A DNA stretch of 25,809 nucleotides from Candidatus Woesearchaeota archaeon (GCA_964389155.1 CAYMCN010000002.1:1-25809), one strand, 5' to 3'. Counted from the stretch's first letter, positions 1 to 8,974 are shown. A program made the numbers and translations. The notes: generated from the sequence alone by a model not told the origin.

Positions 1-151
1 TTCCAACATTAACTAAAGGATATCTTAATTTTGAACCAATAAAAACACTTGGCGGTGAAGTGCTATCTAATTTAGAAACATTTGAAATGTTTTTTACCTT
101 AAAACTTGTATCACCTATTTTTTTTATAACTTCAAATTTTATATCTTGCAT
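1..151 (-). CDS. NreA-like (Nre N-terminal domain type) protein; only the first ~50 codons, gene runs off the left edge
   Basis: Own translation of the minus strand from ATG (151-149): MQDIKFEVIKKIGDTSFKVKNISNVSKLDSTSPPSVFIGSKLRYPLVNVG. The SPPSVFIG..YP...G stretch matches my recollection of the conserved Nre N-terminal motif. It is absent from the ORF track because it is truncated. Confidence 0.35.
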   Translation of the reverse strand, partial: MQDIKFEVIKKIGDTSFKVKNISNVSKLDSTSPPSVFIGSKLRYPLVNVG

Positions 152-204
152 TGTAAAAACCTCTTTACTAATTTAATAAATTAATAGTTTATATTTTTTG
201 TTAG

Positions 205-936
205 TTAAATCCAACCTCTTTTGAAAATTCCTTCATTTCTTATCACAAAACTCAAATTTTTTTCAGACAAATTTCTATGTTTCAATAATTTTGCATTTCT
301 CTTACCTCTATCATTTTGTAATTCAATAATACATTTACTCCAATATTTGAACAAATCTCCTCCAACAAGATTTACTTCTTTTTTCATGCCTTTTTTCAAA
401 TCTTTTTCTGATAAAAAATCACTATAAACTTGATTAGTAATAATTACAGGAATATTTTGTTTTCGCGAAATTTCAGACAAAATCCTCATCTGCCATGCAA
501 CTTTTGAATTTAATTCTTTCACCTTTCTTTCATCTAACCTTATTTCCCCTAATTCAAGTCTATAAAGTGTAGCCATACCATCAATAACAATTAAACTCAC
601 ATGTTCTTTTTTTATTTTATTTAAGGACTCTAAAAAACATTTTTTTTGCTCATCAAAATTAGTTGGCTCTAATAAAAAAAAATTATTTAAAATTTTTTCA
701 TAATCTTCTCCAACAATTTGTTTTACTCTTTCAACAGAAAACCCCCCTTCTGTATCTACAAAAATAACTTTATTTCCTTTTTTTGCTTGACTACATGCAG
801 CTAAAATACTCATATTTGTTTTTCCACTCCCAGGAGGTCCTGCAATCATTGTCACAATATCTTTTTCATAGCCACCAAAAAGCCACGTGTTCATATCATA
901 ACTACCTGTAGAAATTTTTTCTGTTTTTGTTTTCAT
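205..936 (-). CDS. radB: DNA repair and recombination protein RadB (archaeal RecA/RadA paralogue)
   Basis: 243 aa. Walker A is GPPGSGKT and Walker B-like is SLIVIDGMA. Size and layout are typical of RadB rather than full-length RadA, since there is no N-terminal HhH domain. Confidence 0.8.
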   Translation of the reverse strand: MKTKTEKISTGSYDMNTWLFGGYEKDIVTMIAGPPGSGKTNMSILAACSQAKKGNKVIFVDTEGGFSVERVKQIVGEDYEKILNNFFLLEPTNFDEQKKCFLESLNKIKKEHVSLIVIDGMATLYRLELGEIRLDERKVKELNSKVAWQMRILSEISRKQNIPVIITNQVYSDFLSEKDLKKGMKKEVNLVGGDLFKYWSKCIIELQNDRGKRNAKLLKHRNLSEKNLSFVIRNEGIFKRGWI

Positions 937-983
937 TAGAAGAAAAATCTTAAAAGGTTAATAAGGATTATTATAATAAAAAA

Positions 984-1247
984 TTATTTCAACTTCTTAA
1001 AATCAGATTCAAACTTATCCAAGTCTTTGGTTATTAAATTAACAGCATCATTTATTGCTTTTTTTGGATTTTTACCTTTTGTTTTTACTACAAGAACAGG
1101 ACTTTTTGTAGGATGTTCTCTTTTCCATGCTGTAAATGTGACAGAAGAATCTTTATTCAAATAAACTTTTAAAATTTCAGCAATTGTTAAGTTCTCAAGT
1201 TCAACTTCAATCTCATCTTTGGAATTTTTAAGAATATTAAGTTCCAT
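984..1247 (-). CDS. rpoL: DNA-directed RNA polymerase subunit L (Rpo11)
   Basis: 87 aa. The N-terminal LKNSKDEIEVELEN...IAEILKVYL and the later REHP...VVKTKG pattern resemble archaeal RpoL. The size fits. Confidence 0.65.
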   Translation of the reverse strand: MELNILKNSKDEIEVELENLTIAEILKVYLNKDSSVTFTAWKREHPTKSPVLVVKTKGKNPKKAINDAVNLITKDLDKFESDFKKLK

Positions 1248-1286
1248 TATAAAAAAATAGAAATTTTATTTATAAAGGTTTGGTTG

Positions 1287-1970
1287 TTAATTTTCAAAAA
1301 TTCCTTCTTCCTTCTTCTTTTTCATTTCTTGTAAATCAGCTATTGTTAAATTTTTAACATTCTCAGGATCAAAATTAGTAATTTCTTTTTTTTCTTTTTT
1401 TTCATTTTCTTCACTTTGAACAAGGTTAGATGAATTATCTAAATGCACTACTTCTTGTTCAGCTTTTTCATTATTTTTCTTAATTCGAATTCTAAGATAA
1501 TCTTCAATTTTATTAAAAATCTCTTTTTTTTCGGGAACAAAACCTTTTTCTATAAGCATAATTGCTTTTACAGGCTCTCGAATTGCTTCTGCAAATTGTT
1601 CTTGTGTTAATTTCTTTAACCTTCTTGCCCTCATCACAACCCAATGAAAATTATTAACTAAATCTTTCTTTGAATTTGAATCATTTCTAAAATCTTCCTT
1701 AAAATTAGAATCAACAACATTTCTTAATGAAGTGTCTTGCTTTTTTCTCTCATCATCTTCTCTCTTTTTTAAATCAACTCCAGAAATTTTTGAAAGTCTA
1801 TCATAAACAGTTTGTTTTTTTTCATTCTGAAACGAAAATTCACTTTTAATTAAAGGAACATTCTCTTTAGCAGAGCATTTTCCGCAAACTTTCACAACCC
1901 CTACTAACAGAATTGTATCAAATAATATTGCTTTTGTTTCTGAAATACCACAATTAAAACATTCTTCCAT
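1287..1970 (-). CDS. MBF1-like transcription cofactor: N-terminal zinc ribbon plus XRE-type helix-turn-helix
   Basis: Zinc ribbon CFNCG...x20...CGKCS, followed by HTH RARRLKKLTQEQFAEAIREPVKAIMLIEKGFVPEKK. The track start at 1988 is a TTG, so the ATG at 1970 (MEECFNCG) is the more likely start. Confidence 0.65.
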   Translation of the reverse strand: MEECFNCGISETKAILFDTILLVGVVKVCGKCSAKENVPLIKSEFSFQNEKKQTVYDRLSKISGVDLKKREDDERKKQDTSLRNVVDSNFKEDFRNDSNSKKDLVNNFHWVVMRARRLKKLTQEQFAEAIREPVKAIMLIEKGFVPEKKEIFNKIEDYLRIRIKKNNEKAEQEVVHLDNSSNLVQSEENEKKEKKEITNFDPENVKNLTIADLQEMKKKKEEGIFEN

Positions 1971-2019
1971 CCAAAATAAAGAAAACAAGCATTTTTTAAT
2001 ATTTTCGTGATTAAAAATA

Positions 2020-2685
2020 CTAATTAAAATATTCTTTTAGCTCTTCAACAGTCTTATGATCATACAAAATAGTTTCCTCGTTTAAGATAACAGCAGGAAA
2101 TTCCATTACATCATAAGTTCTAGTTAAAAAATTCAGAGAAGTAATTTCTTGATCAACAGCAATTGGAATCAAAATAACTTCATTTCCTTTTTCTTCTTTT
2201 AAATCCTGCAAAATTTTACCCCACACAACTTGTTTTGACTTTATCTCAATATCTTCAGCATTATATGAATACAAATAAACCACCGTGTTTATATTTCCAC
2301 AATTCTCTTTAACTTTTATAAGATTCATCCATAATAAGGTTCTTAAAAGATCATATTTACTATGAATTTTTTTCAAAGAATCAGTTAATTTATTTGAACT
2401 ATCAAATCTTTCTAATTCTTTTGCTTCTTCATAAATTTTATCAGCAAAATTTACGTTGGCAAATATTAAATCATCACAAGACACATAAGGATTTTCTAAA
2501 AGTTTTCCTAATGCAAAAGAGTCATACAAAGAAACTTCTGATTGATAAAAAAGAATATTAGAATCATCAGATCTTAATTGTTCTAAATAAACTCCTAATA
2601 CAAGACCTAAAAAAAAGAACAAAATAGTTAGGAAAAATGCTTGCCAAAATACATGTTTTTTATTTTCTAATTTTTTTAACGCCAT
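2020..2685 (-). CDS. Hypothetical membrane-anchored protein (single N-terminal TM, about 185-aa extracytoplasmic domain)
   Basis: 221 aa. The TM helix is FWQAFFLTILFFFLGLVLGVYL. The ATG overlaps the stop of the upstream GT2 gene by 10 nt (ATGGCGTTAA). I recognise no family motif. Confidence 0.6.
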   Translation of the reverse strand: MALKKLENKKHVFWQAFFLTILFFFLGLVLGVYLEQLRSDDSNILFYQSEVSLYDSFALGKLLENPYVSCDDLIFANVNFADKIYEEAKELERFDSSNKLTDSLKKIHSKYDLLRTLLWMNLIKVKENCGNINTVVYLYSYNAEDIEIKSKQVVWGKILQDLKEEKGNEVILIPIAVDQEITSLNFLTRTYDVMEFPAVILNEETILYDHKTVEELKEYFN

Positions 2686-3905
2686 GAATATTTTCCTCTT
2701 ACAAATTTATACAATGAAACAATAAGTACTACTGGTCTAAGTACTATATATATTAATAAGTAAAAAATAACACTAAAAAAACTTTCCTTTTCCTTAATAT
2801 GCTTATTAATCAATCTCAAAGCAAAAAATACAAATGCTAAACCCAAAATAAATAAAAGAACTCCTAAGAAATTTAAAACAGAGGGATTAAAATTTATATC
2901 TTGCAATACAAAAACAGCTGTTTGTGCAGCTATGGAATATTTAGTAGATAAGTAAGAGGATAAAATTCTTGTGAAAATTTTATAAGTAAAAAGGCTTAAT
3001 CCAAAAACACCTAAAACAAGAGATATAGAAAAAAGAGGCAATATAAAAATTCCTAATATTCCTTTTCTAAAAAAACAATGTTTGTATTTTAAAATAGTTT
3101 GATACCCTCCAATATTCCATCGAATCCTTTGTGTAAACCATTTCTTTAAAGTCTCTGGAGCAACAGTGGTTACTTTTGAAACAAAAGACATTCTTACCTT
3201 ATAACCTTCATGAATTAAATTCCATGTTGCTTCTATATCTTCTGTCATATTTTTAGAATCAAAACCATTTATTTTTGATAATGCAGATTTTCTATATAAT
3301 GCCAAAGGTCCTGGAGTTACATAAATAGAATCCAAAAATCCAAGCATCTTTCTTGTGAAAGCAATGACCTTATACTCAATAGATTGCATTTTTCCTAAAA
3401 AATTATCTTTATTCCTAACAAGAATTCTTGTTGTAACAGCCCCTACTTTTTCATCATCTAAATAACCAATCATAGAAGATATTGCTTCTTTATCAGGATA
3501 AGAATCTGCGTCAACTATTGCAATTAATTCACCTTTAACGATTTTCAATGCTTGATTCAAAGAATCAGCTTTCCCAGAATTTTTTTTGTCAAATACACTT
3601 ACTTTAGAATATTTTTCTTCTAATTGTTTTGCAATTTTCAAAGTATTATCAGAACTACCATCATTTATTATTATTATCTCAATTAAATTTTTATAATCAG
3701 ATTTCAAAATGCTTTCTACAGTTCCTTTAATACTTTCTTCTTCATTAAAAGCAGGTATTAAAACTGAAACAGAATAATTTCTATTAGATTTTGGAATTGA
3801 AAAAATCTCCTTTCTATTTTGAATAAAAACTAAAGTAAACAAAAATAAGAAATAAAGTGCAATAAAAATGTAAACTAAATAGATTATTGTTATTGTTTCT
3901 GGCAT
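2676..3905 (-). CDS. Membrane-integrated family 2 glycosyltransferase, processive beta-glycan synthase type (NodC/PgaC/IcaA-like)
   Basis: 409 aa. N-terminal TM, then VLIPAFNEE, NDGSSDNT, VDADS (DxD), TED and QRIRW (QxxRW), followed by 3-4 C-terminal TM helices. Confidence 0.85.
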   Translation of the reverse strand: MPETITIIYLVYIFIALYFLFLFTLVFIQNRKEIFSIPKSNRNYSVSVLIPAFNEEESIKGTVESILKSDYKNLIEIIIINDGSSDNTLKIAKQLEEKYSKVSVFDKKNSGKADSLNQALKIVKGELIAIVDADSYPDKEAISSMIGYLDDEKVGAVTTRILVRNKDNFLGKMQSIEYKVIAFTRKMLGFLDSIYVTPGPLALYRKSALSKINGFDSKNMTEDIEATWNLIHEGYKVRMSFVSKVTTVAPETLKKWFTQRIRWNIGGYQTILKYKHCFFRKGILGIFILPLFSISLVLGVFGLSLFTYKIFTRILSSYLSTKYSIAAQTAVFVLQDINFNPSVLNFLGVLLFILGLAFVFFALRLINKHIKEKESFFSVIFYLLIYIVLRPVVLIVSLYKFVRGKYSWR

Positions 3906-3911
3906 TTTAAT

Positions 3912-4403
3912 TTATTTTTTTAATTCAAAAGGATTACTTCCTTTTTGAACATTAAAATAATTATAAAAATCATCACTTAAACTTAATTCATAAGTATGCC
4001 CAATTTTTTTCCTTTTTATTAATCCCAAATCATTAAATTTTTTTATATGGTCATAAGCCTTATTACTTCTAATTCTAATTAAAACAGATTGTTTAATTGG
4101 TTGTTTGTATGCTATAATTGCGAGTGTTTGCTGTTCTGATTTTGAAAATTCACTTTTTCCTGTGGCAAATTTATTAATTATATCAGAATATATTTTCTTA
4201 ACATCCATTTTCCACAGCTTATTTTTTTCCACAATTTCAATTGCAGAATTTTCTTTATTGTATTTTTCTTTTAATTTTTCTATAAGTTCATGTATCATAA
4301 TAGGATTCATATCTAAAAATGAAATAAGTTCTTGCATTGACAAAAATCTTCCCGAAATAAAAAATATTGCTTCAAGTTTATTCAAATCTTCTTTTTCTTG
4401 CAT
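3912..4403 (-). CDS. scpB: Segregation and condensation protein B (ScpB)
   Basis: 163 aa. LEAIFFISGRFLSMQELISFL is the first winged helix and SEQQTLAIIAYKQPIKQSVLIRIR is the second, both characteristic of ScpB. Confidence 0.8.
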   Translation of the reverse strand: MQEKEDLNKLEAIFFISGRFLSMQELISFLDMNPIMIHELIEKLKEKYNKENSAIEIVEKNKLWKMDVKKIYSDIINKFATGKSEFSKSEQQTLAIIAYKQPIKQSVLIRIRSNKAYDHIKKFNDLGLIKRKKIGHTYELSLSDDFYNYFNVQKGSNPFELKK

Positions 4404-4448
4404 AATTTAGAGAAAGAGTTCAAGATTTTAAAGGTTTTGAAACTAAAA

Positions 4449-4760
4449 TTATCTATGAGGGGTTGTTTGTTCAACAGGTCTTGTAGAAGAAGAAAAATAT
4501 ACTGTTCCTTCAGGATTTTTATAAAATATTTCTTCAATTATTTGTGGATTTCCAAACTTATCAGGAAATTCATAAAAAACTTTTAACCTTGCTTCACCTG
4601 TTTTCTCATCTTCTGAGTTCTGATAACCCTTAACTTTTGCACTTGGTTCATGTAATAATGTGAATGGTGGATTACCTTCTTCCACCTCCATCATCCTATC
4701 TCCAGGACAAGCTGTAAGAAAAGGTGCAAGTATTGTAAGTGCTATTAATCCTTTTTTCAT
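4449..4760 (-). CDS. Small secreted protein with lipobox-like signal peptide
   Basis: 103 aa. MKKGLIALTILAPFLTAC has a positive N-terminus, a hydrophobic core and an L-T-A-C lipobox. The mature part is rich in P/G/E/T, unlike its neighbours. Confidence 0.5.
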   Translation of the reverse strand: MKKGLIALTILAPFLTACPGDRMMEVEEGNPPFTLLHEPSAKVKGYQNSEDEKTGEARLKVFYEFPDKFGNPQIIEEIFYKNPEGTVYFSSSTRPVEQTTPHR

Positions 4761-4813
4761 TAATATTTAAGAAAAAACTGGTTTTTAAGAATTATTGAAC
4801 TAAAAAATATAGT

Positions 4814-5899
4814 TTAAACCTTAAATCTCAAAATAGCACCCATTCCAGAAAGATTATGAAATTGTTCACCTTCTTCTGTTTCTGTTGAAACAACTTCTAC
4901 TTTGGATGAAATATTTTCTGCAATTTTCCTTAATTCCTTTAAAAGTTTTTTATCAGTTTTTTTTGACAAAATCAAAATTTCAACAGCCCCATATTCAAGT
5001 GCTTTTCTTATTCCTTTTTCATCATAAACAACAATATCTGGATTTTCTCCAAGTTTTTCAAAAAAATTCTCCAAAAGTTTTTTTTCTTTTATTATTTCTT
5101 GATTTGCTAAAATATCTTGCGATTTTTTCACAAGCTCTTTCAAACCTGATTCATCAGCATCTCCAATATCTACAACACCAATAAGTTTTTCTCTTAATTT
5201 TGTTACAAGATGTTTTCCATCCAGAAATTCATCTTTTGTAGGAATAGGACCTCCAACCAAAATACCTTTAAGTTTAGGCATGTCGAAAAATATTTTTTTC
5301 ATTTGTTCTGCAATTCTGTTATAAAATTCTTTTACCAAACCTTCTGTGATTCTATGGAATCTTTGACTTGATTGACCACCAGCCCTAACTTTTGAAGGAA
5401 TTCCTGAAGTCATTTTCTGCAAAATTTCAATTCTTTTTCCTTCCAATAAACCAATGGTTGCTTCTTTTCTATCCATAACTAATAATGCAAATACTTTTTT
5501 TACTTCAAGCATTTCTTTCAAAGGTTCAAGGACAAATTGCTTATCACACCTGTATAATCTAATTTTTAAGGGCATATAAGGTTCAATATCCCATAATTGC
5601 AAATCGCTTTGCCCCTCTGCTTTAGAAATATTGCCTGCAAAAATTGCCAATCCATTTTTAGGAGTTTTCTTTAAGGTCTTCAAATGCCTTACAATCTTAT
5701 CAAGTGCTTCAGAAACATTTTTTCTTGTTGAGGTTGATTTAATATTTTTTGCAGTTCCTTTTTCAGCTTCAAGTTGTCTTTGCACAGAATTAACATCATA
5801 ACCTGCAGGAATATACACTGTAATTAATTCTGTTTGTCTTCCCTTATAATTCTCAATAACTTCTAAAACTTCTTCTAATTCATTTTTATCTAATTCCAT
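4814..5899 (-). CDS. prf1: Peptide chain release factor aRF1
   Basis: 361 aa. Contains NIKS (TAKNIKSTS), a YxCxxxF-type motif (LYRCDKQF), GGQ (RAGGQSSQRF) and the C-terminal EEGEQF...GMGAILRF. Confidence 0.9.
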   Translation of the reverse strand: MELDKNELEEVLEVIENYKGRQTELITVYIPAGYDVNSVQRQLEAEKGTAKNIKSTSTRKNVSEALDKIVRHLKTLKKTPKNGLAIFAGNISKAEGQSDLQLWDIEPYMPLKIRLYRCDKQFVLEPLKEMLEVKKVFALLVMDRKEATIGLLEGKRIEILQKMTSGIPSKVRAGGQSSQRFHRITEGLVKEFYNRIAEQMKKIFFDMPKLKGILVGGPIPTKDEFLDGKHLVTKLREKLIGVVDIGDADESGLKELVKKSQDILANQEIIKEKKLLENFFEKLGENPDIVVYDEKGIRKALEYGAVEILILSKKTDKKLLKELRKIAENISSKVEVVSTETEEGEQFHNLSGMGAILRFKV

Positions 5900-5919
5900 A
5901 TTTTTGTAAAAAAACCATT

Positions 5920-8307
5920 TTATATAAATTCTACTTTAAACTTCCCTTCTTTAATTTCTTTAATATTCATAACATCTTTTAGATCTTCAATAACATCTTT
6001 TAATTTTTGTTTATCTTTTTTCTCCAAAGTCAAAATAATTTCTGAATTCATTGGCTTTTGAGCTTTTGTTTTTTCTTGTCTAACTTTTGAAATTAAATTA
6101 ATTAATCTTTGCCATTCAAAATGTTTTTCTTCATCCAAATCAGATTTTTTAAATTTAGGCCATTCGGAAATATGAATTGATTTATTTTTCTCTGTTTTTT
6201 TAAAATATTCTTGATAAATTTCTTCAGTAATAAAAGGCATTATTGGAGAAATCATTTTTATAATTTCAAAAAGAGATTTATACAAAGTATATTGTGCTGA
6301 TAATTTTTTATTACCTTCTCCTTGGTAAATCCTTTTCTTAATTATCTCAAGATAATTATCTGCAAAATCTTTCCAAAATAAATTTTCAATTAATTGCTTA
6401 GCTTTAGAATATTCATATCTTTCAAAATATTGAGAAGAAATATAAATAACTTCAGAAAGTTTAGCTAAAAAAACAGTATCTACATATTCCAATTTCTTCG
6501 GCTTCTTTCCATCAAACCCATTTAAATTCATAAAAACAAATTTAGAAGCATTAGTCAATTTCGTTACTAGTTTTTTTCCTGCTACAAGTTCTTTTTCAGG
6601 AAATGCAAGATTTTCACCTAATCTAGAAGAAGCTGACAAATATCTTAAAACATCCGCACCCCATTTTTCAACAATTTCTTGAGGAGAAACACCATTTCCT
6701 CTAGATTTAGACATTTTTTTACCATCACTACCAAGCATCCAGCCATTAATGAACAATTCTTTCCATGGCAAAATACCATAATGTAATTTAGATTTAACAA
6801 TAGTATTAAAATCCCAAAAAGTAATTATATCTTGTCCATTTCTTCTTATATTCATTGGTTTTTTGTAAATTTTATTATAAACATCAGTTCCTTTCAAAAG
6901 ATCCCAAGTAATTGTTGGTGTAAGTGCAGAAGTTGCCCAAGTATTCATAATATCTTTTTCAGGAATAAATTCTTTTGAGCTACATTTCAAACATTTTTTA
7001 ATAGGAGGTTTATCTTCAATAGGATCAACAGGCAAATCTTTCTCATTTGCAAGAACAACCTCATCACATTTTTTACAATACCAAACAGGAAATGGAATTC
7101 CAAAAGGGATTTGTCTTGAAATACACCAATCCCATTTTAATCCTTTAACCCAATTATCATATCTATTCTTCATATAATCAGGGTACCATTTTATCTGCTT
7201 GCCCCATTTCAACAAATCTTTCTTAAGATCAAGATATTTGACAAACCATTGCTTACTTTTAATAAACTCAATTTCATTTAGGCATCTTTCATGAACATTC
7301 ACTGCATGAATAATTTTCCTTTGTCCAACCAATAAACTTTTCTTCTTCAAATCTTCAATAATATTTTTTCTTGCTTCTTTAATTTTCATTCCTTTGTATT
7401 TACCAGCAAGCTCATTCATCTTGCCATCTTTTGTTATAACTTCTTTAATTCCTAGTTTATGTTCTTTTTTCCATTCTACATCTGTTTGATCTCCAAAAGT
7501 ACAACACATAACAACACCAGTGCCTTTCTCCAAATCAGCTTTTTCATCTCCTAAAATAGGAACTTCAAAATCAAACAAAGGAACTTTTGCCTTCTTACCA
7601 ATTAAATGTTTATGTTTCTTATCTTTAGGATTAATAAATACAGAAACACATGCAGGCAATAATTCAGGTCTTGTTGTGGCAATAATCAAATTTTTCCCAT
7701 CAACCTTAAATGAAATATCATTAAATGTGGTTTCAATTTCTTTATCTTCTAATTCAACTTGCGCAATTGTGGTTTGACATGTTGTGCACCAAAGAGAAGG
7801 AGCATCAATCCTATATTCTCTCCCCATTTTGTATAAATCAATAAATGATTTTTGTGAAATTCGTCTTGAACGCTTATCAATAGTGGAATAAAATAAATTC
7901 CAATCAGCAGAAATTCCGAGTTTTTTTGCATCTTCAAGAAATGAAGGAATAAATTCTTCTTTAATAGTTTTAAGAGCTAATTCAATAAAATCCTCTCTTT
8001 TCATTTTTTTAGAATCAACATTTTTTTCTTTTTCAATTAATTTTAATGTTGGTAAACCATTATTGTCAGTTCCAAAAGGATTCAAAACTTCAAAACCCTT
8101 CATCCTCTTATATCTTACAAAAAAATCCTGTTGTGAATCACCAAAAGCATGACCCATATGAAGTCTTCCAGAAATAGTAGGTGGTGGAGTATCTATAGAA
8201 TAAATTTCCTTTTTACTCTTACTATCAAACTTGTAAATTTTTTCCTTTTCCCAAAATTTCCTTATTTTTTCTTCAGTTTTTTTAAAATCAAAATGTTGTT
8301 TTGCCAT
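5920..8307 (-). CDS. valS: Valyl-tRNA synthetase
   Basis: 795 aa. The N-terminus IDTPPPTISGRLHMGHAF...YKRMKGFEVLNPFGTDNNGLPT matches archaeal ValRS. KMSKS is present (GKKMSKSRG). The length fits ValRS rather than IleRS or LeuRS. Confidence 0.8.
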   Translation of the reverse strand: MAKQHFDFKKTEEKIRKFWEKEKIYKFDSKSKKEIYSIDTPPPTISGRLHMGHAFGDSQQDFFVRYKRMKGFEVLNPFGTDNNGLPTLKLIEKEKNVDSKKMKREDFIELALKTIKEEFIPSFLEDAKKLGISADWNLFYSTIDKRSRRISQKSFIDLYKMGREYRIDAPSLWCTTCQTTIAQVELEDKEIETTFNDISFKVDGKNLIIATTRPELLPACVSVFINPKDKKHKHLIGKKAKVPLFDFEVPILGDEKADLEKGTGVVMCCTFGDQTDVEWKKEHKLGIKEVITKDGKMNELAGKYKGMKIKEARKNIIEDLKKKSLLVGQRKIIHAVNVHERCLNEIEFIKSKQWFVKYLDLKKDLLKWGKQIKWYPDYMKNRYDNWVKGLKWDWCISRQIPFGIPFPVWYCKKCDEVVLANEKDLPVDPIEDKPPIKKCLKCSSKEFIPEKDIMNTWATSALTPTITWDLLKGTDVYNKIYKKPMNIRRNGQDIITFWDFNTIVKSKLHYGILPWKELFINGWMLGSDGKKMSKSRGNGVSPQEIVEKWGADVLRYLSASSRLGENLAFPEKELVAGKKLVTKLTNASKFVFMNLNGFDGKKPKKLEYVDTVFLAKLSEVIYISSQYFERYEYSKAKQLIENLFWKDFADNYLEIIKKRIYQGEGNKKLSAQYTLYKSLFEIIKMISPIMPFITEEIYQEYFKKTEKNKSIHISEWPKFKKSDLDEEKHFEWQRLINLISKVRQEKTKAQKPMNSEIILTLEKKDKQKLKDVIEDLKDVMNIKEIKEGKFKVEFI

Positions 8308-8387
8308 TACTTAAAAATATTAAAGAAACTTTTAAACTTTTCTTGTTTCATAAGAAATCTTTAAATACTTACAACTTATTTAAAAAT

Positions 8388-8543
8388 ATGGCAAATGAAC
8401 AAATGAATACTCCTAGTGGATTTGGCGGTTTAATGCGTTTTAATGAAGAATATGAAAGTGTGTTTAATTTAAAACCAACACATGTAATTATCTTTGTAAT
8501 TATGATAGTGGCTTTTAGAATTGGTTTAGAGGTGATTTATTAA
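8388..8543 (+). CDS. secG: Preprotein translocase subunit Sec61-beta (archaeal SecG)
   Basis: 51 aa from the internal ATG: MANEQMNTPSGFGGLMRFNEEYESVFNLKPTHVIIFVIMIVAFRIGLEVIY. The GLMRF..E motif plus a C-terminal TM anchor is typical. The longer track ORF (8301) overlaps the valS start and is rejected. Confidence 0.7.
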   Translation: MANEQMNTPSGFGGLMRFNEEYESVFNLKPTHVIIFVIMIVAFRIGLEVIY

Positions 8544-8544
8544 A

Positions 8545-8868
8545 ATGTTTAATATGGATCCTAAAAAGATGCAAGCAATGATGAAACAAATGGGAATGAA
8601 TCAAGAAGAAATTGATGCTTCTAGAGTTATTATAGAAAAAAATGATGATTCAAAATTAATTATTAAAAATCCTTCTGTAATAAAAATAAAGATGCAAGGA
8701 CAAGAAAGTTTTCAAATTTCTGGAGAAATACAAGAAGAATCAAATTCTATTTCTGAAGAAGACATAAAAACAGTTATGGAGAAAACAGGAACAGATGAAG
8801 GAGAAGCAAAAAAAACCTTAGAAGAAACAGGTGATTTGGCTCAAGCAATTCTTGAACTTAGTGAGTAA
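8545..8868 (+). CDS. nac: Nascent polypeptide-associated complex protein (archaeal NAC)
   Basis: 107 aa. Met-rich N-terminus, NAC beta-barrel segment (VIIEKNDDSKLIIKNPSVIKIKMQGQESFQISGE) and C-terminal UBA-like EEDIKTVMEKTG...AKKTLEETGDLAQAILEL. Confidence 0.85.
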   Translation: MFNMDPKKMQAMMKQMGMNQEEIDASRVIIEKNDDSKLIIKNPSVIKIKMQGQESFQISGEIQEESNSISEEDIKTVMEKTGTDEGEAKKTLEETGDLAQAILELSE

Positions 8869-8974
8869 AATTTAAGAAAAGTATAAAAAGTTCGAAATCT
8901 TGGTTTAGCACACTTCTAATTAAAATTAGATCAAAATTTTCAGGCATTTAATTACTTAGGGGAATTTTAATAAA

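Noticed and set aside
221-427. Plus-strand 68-aa ORF inside radB. The same class includes 4105-4410, 4398-4586, 4885-5184, 7520-7777, 7749-7937, 8149-8364, 9019-9207, 10449-10652, 15580-15780, 15662-16141, 16351-16578, 17203-17385, 20180-20614, 21172-21372, 23293-23514, 24598-24786 and 25146-25376.
   Set aside because: All are embedded in, or antisense to, longer ORFs with clear family motifs. Their products are low-complexity F/L/I/S/K-rich strings, typical of shadow frames in AT-rich DNA.
4814-5899. aRF1 is short (361 aa) and seems to lack the C-domain mini-domain insertion, so I considered altered stop-codon decoding
   Set aside because: NIKS, YxCxxxF and GGQ are all intact. TAA, TAG and TGA all terminate well-supported genes in this window. 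Compact aRF1 proteins of about 360-375 aa occur in other archaea as far as I recall.
8301-8387. N-terminal extension of the Sec61-beta ORF (track start 8301)
   Set aside because: It overlaps the valS start codon region on the opposite strand and adds a non-conserved K/L/F-rich peptide. The internal ATG at 8388 gives a protein of canonical Sec61-beta size and motif.
8308-8387. Strand-switch point (long minus-strand block 1-8307, then plus-strand genes) as a candidate replication origin
   Set aside because: There is no orc1/cdc6 gene and no ORB-like repeated elements, only a trivial AAACTTTT tandem. The spacer is just 80 nt.
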